From the human T2T-CHM13v2.0 reference genome, Homo sapiens: DNA of 64,000 bases. Made by a program: the position numbers and the translations under genes. Location: assembly GCF_009914755.1 (NCBI RefSeq), contig NC_060934.1. One strand, given 5' to 3'. This document shows positions 61,220 to 64,000 of the stretch, one piece after another. The stretch's first letter is position 1, and each line of letters begins with the position of its first letter. Below the pieces are notes generated by a model. That model searched no databases. It saw only the letters and a program-made list of their open reading frames with translations, and was not told the origin of the DNA.

Positions 61220-64000
61220 AGGGAGGCAGAGAAACATGGCAAAATAGGAGGCTCCAACCATTGTCGCACTCACAAGGACACCAAGTTAACAACTATCTAC
61301 ACAAGAGAAAAACACCTTCATAAGGACAAAAAATCAGGTAAACCCTCAAAGTACCTGCTTTTCACTTCCTATCACTGAAAGAGGCACTGAAGAGGTAGAA
61401 AAAAAACAGTTATGAATTGATGATGCCACACTTTCCCCACCCCTGGCAGTGGTGGCCTGGTGCAGAGAGCATCTTTGGGCTCTGAGGGAGGGAGAACACA
61501 GCAATTGTGAGGCATTGAACTCAGCTCTATCCTGCTAGAGCAGAAAGGAAAACCAGACAAAACTCAGCAGATGCCCACCCATGGAAGAAGCATTTAAACC
61601 AGTCCCAGCCAGAGGGGAATCCCCAATCCCAGCAGTCTAAACTTGAGTTCTTAAAGTCTCGCCACCACAGGCTAAAGTTCTCTGGGCCTTTAAGTCAATT
61701 TGAAAGGCAGTCAAAGCACTGCAACTCTTAGGCAAGTCCTACTACTGAAGTGGGACCAGAGACATTGGACTGGGGAGACACAGGATCTACAGAGATACCA
61801 GCTGGGATGGCTAAGGAAGGGCTGGCATCACCCTTCCCCTAGGCCCAGCCTGCACAGCTTCTGGCTCCAAAAGAGACCCCTTCCTTCCACTTGAGGAGAG
61901 CAGAGGGAGGAGTGGGGAGAACTTTGTCTTGCATCTTGGATACCAGCTCAGTGACAGCAAAATGGGGCACCAGTCAGTGTCATGTGGGCTTCATTCCAGG
62001 CCTTAGCTCCTGGGTGAAATTTATAAACACACCCTGGGCCAGAAGGAAACCCACTGCCTTACAGGGAAGGACCCCATCATGGCAGCGTGGCAGCGTTTAT
62101 CACCTGTCAACTGAAGAGCCCTTGGGCCCTGAATAACCAGCAGCGATACCTAGGTACTACGCTGAGGGCCTTGGGTCAACCTCTGAGATTTGCTAGTTTC
62201 AGGTGAGACTTGGCACATTACCACCTGTGGTGGCTACAGGGCAAAATTCTTTCTGCTTGAGAAAAGCAAAGGGAAAAGTAAAGAGGACTTTGTCTTGTAC
62301 TTTAGGTACTACCATAGCCACAGGGGTTAGAGCACCAAGCAGGCACTTAGGGTCCCTAGTTCCAGGACTTGACTCTTGGACAGCATTTCTGAAGCTGTGA
62401 TGGGCCACAGGGGAGCCCACTGCCCTGAAGGATGAGTCCCAAGAAGAGCCCTTAGACCTTAAGGGAACATCACAGATAGTCCAGCAAGACTTCCTGTGGC
62501 CTGTGGTGGTGGTGGTGGTGGCTACGAGATGAGGCTCTTCTCCTTTTGGAAAGGGGAGAGGAGAGTGAGAAGAACAGTGTCTTGTGGTTTCAGTGCCAGC
62601 TTAGCCACAGTACAATAGAACATGAGGTAGACATCTAAGGATTTGATTCTAGTCCCTGACTCCCCGACAGCAACTCTTGACCAACCTAGGGCCTGGGGAA
62701 CTTGCTACTCTGAAGGGAAGGACATAGGCCTGACTGGCTTTTCCATCTGCTGATTGTACAGTTCCAGGGCGTTGAGCAAACATAGGCGATAGCCAGAGAC
62801 TCGTTAACTCGTTACAGCAGGTCTTGGGTGAGACCCAGTGTTGTGGTGGCTTCAGGTTTAATCCAGTGCAGTCCTACTAGTGGTGGCCAGAGGGCTGCTT
62901 GTGTCACTCCACCCCCAGCTTTAGGTGTCTTAGAACAGAGAGAAACTCAAATTTGTTAGGGCGAATGTAACGGAAAAGAACAAGAGTCTCCGCCTGGTAA
63001 TCCAAAGTATTCACTGAGACCTTGTCCAAGACCATCAAGGTAGTACCTCTGCAAGTCTACAAGAACCAAAGCAATATTGGGCTTGAGATGTCCCACAAAG
63101 GAGATATAGTTTAGATCACAACACCCAAGTTCTTTCAAATATCTGCAAAACCTTCCCAAGAAGGATGGGTACAAACAAGCCCAGATAGTGAAGACTACAA
63201 TAAGTAGTGATTTTTTTAATACCCAGACACCAAAGAATATCTACTAGCATCAACACCATCCAGGAAAATATTATCTCACCAAATTAAATAAGCCACCAGG
63301 GACCAGACCAATTCTGGAGAAACAGAGATATGTGGCCTTTCAGACAGATAATTCAAAAGTGCTGTGTTGAGGAAAATCTAGGAAATTCAAAATAATACAA
63401 AGAAGGAATTCAGAATTCTGTCAGATAAATTTAACAAACAGATTGCATTAATTATAAAGAATCAAGCACAAATTCTGGAGCTGAAAAATGCAATTTGCAT
63501 ACAGAATAATGCATTAGAGTCCTTTAATAGCAGAATGGATCAAGGAGAAGAAAGAATTAGTGAGCTTGAATACAGGTTGTTTGAAAATACACAATAAGAG
63601 GAGACAAAAAAAAAGACAAAAAAACAATGAAGCACACATGCAGAAGCTAGAAAATAGCCTGAAGGGGCAAATCTAAGAGTTATTGACCTTAAAGAGGAGG
63701 TAGAGAAACAGATAGGGATATTAAACTTCATTCAAAGAGACAATAACAGAGAACTTCCCAAACCTAAAGAACGATGTCAATATCAAAGTACTAGAAGGAT
63801 ATAGAATACCAAGCAGATTTAACCCAAATAAGACCACCTCAAGACATTTAATAATCCAACTCCAAAATATGAAGGATAAAGAAAAAGAATCCTAAAAGCA
63901 AAAAGTGAAAAGAAAAGAATCCTAAAAGCAGCAAGTGAAAAGAAACAAATGGAGCTCTGCTATGTCTACCAGCAGAGTTTTCAGTTGAAACCTTACAGGC
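61220..64000 (+). mobile_element. L1M1/L1MA1-3-type 5'UTR and degenerate ORF1 (continues past the window)
   Basis: gggaggcagagaaacatggcaaaatagg...ttaacaactatctacac...aaaaatcagg 5' end; ORF1-like gaagaaagaattagtgagcttgaa, gagaacttcccaaacct, gaatcctaaaagcagcaag. Confidence 0.85.

Overview
Primate (human-like) nuclear DNA, AT-rich and CpG-poor, mostly interspersed repeats: Alu J/S/Y, L1PA/PB/MA/MB/MC/ME, L2, L3/CR1, MIR, MaLR/ERVL/ERV1 solo LTRs and hAT MITEs. I see no intact cellular CDS, RNA gene or CRISPR array. Two structures stand out. (1) An old, intronless, heavily disabled MARK2 kinase retrocopy on the minus strand (about 55910-58991), split in its KA1 domain by an MLT2 LTR. It appears to keep the alternatively spliced exons and begins at the parental exon-2 boundary. 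(2) A 4.3-kb composite insertion (38730-43032) between identical 18-bp direct repeats. It contains an L1PA4/5-like element with a ~2.7-kb internal deletion plus ~1 kb of apparently 3'-transduced flank ending in an Alu. I found no wholly new biological system; the findings are locus-specific cases of known retrotransposition mechanisms. Repeat subfamily names come from my recollection of consensus sequences and need RepeatMasker/Dfam confirmation. Boundaries of old repeats are approximate.
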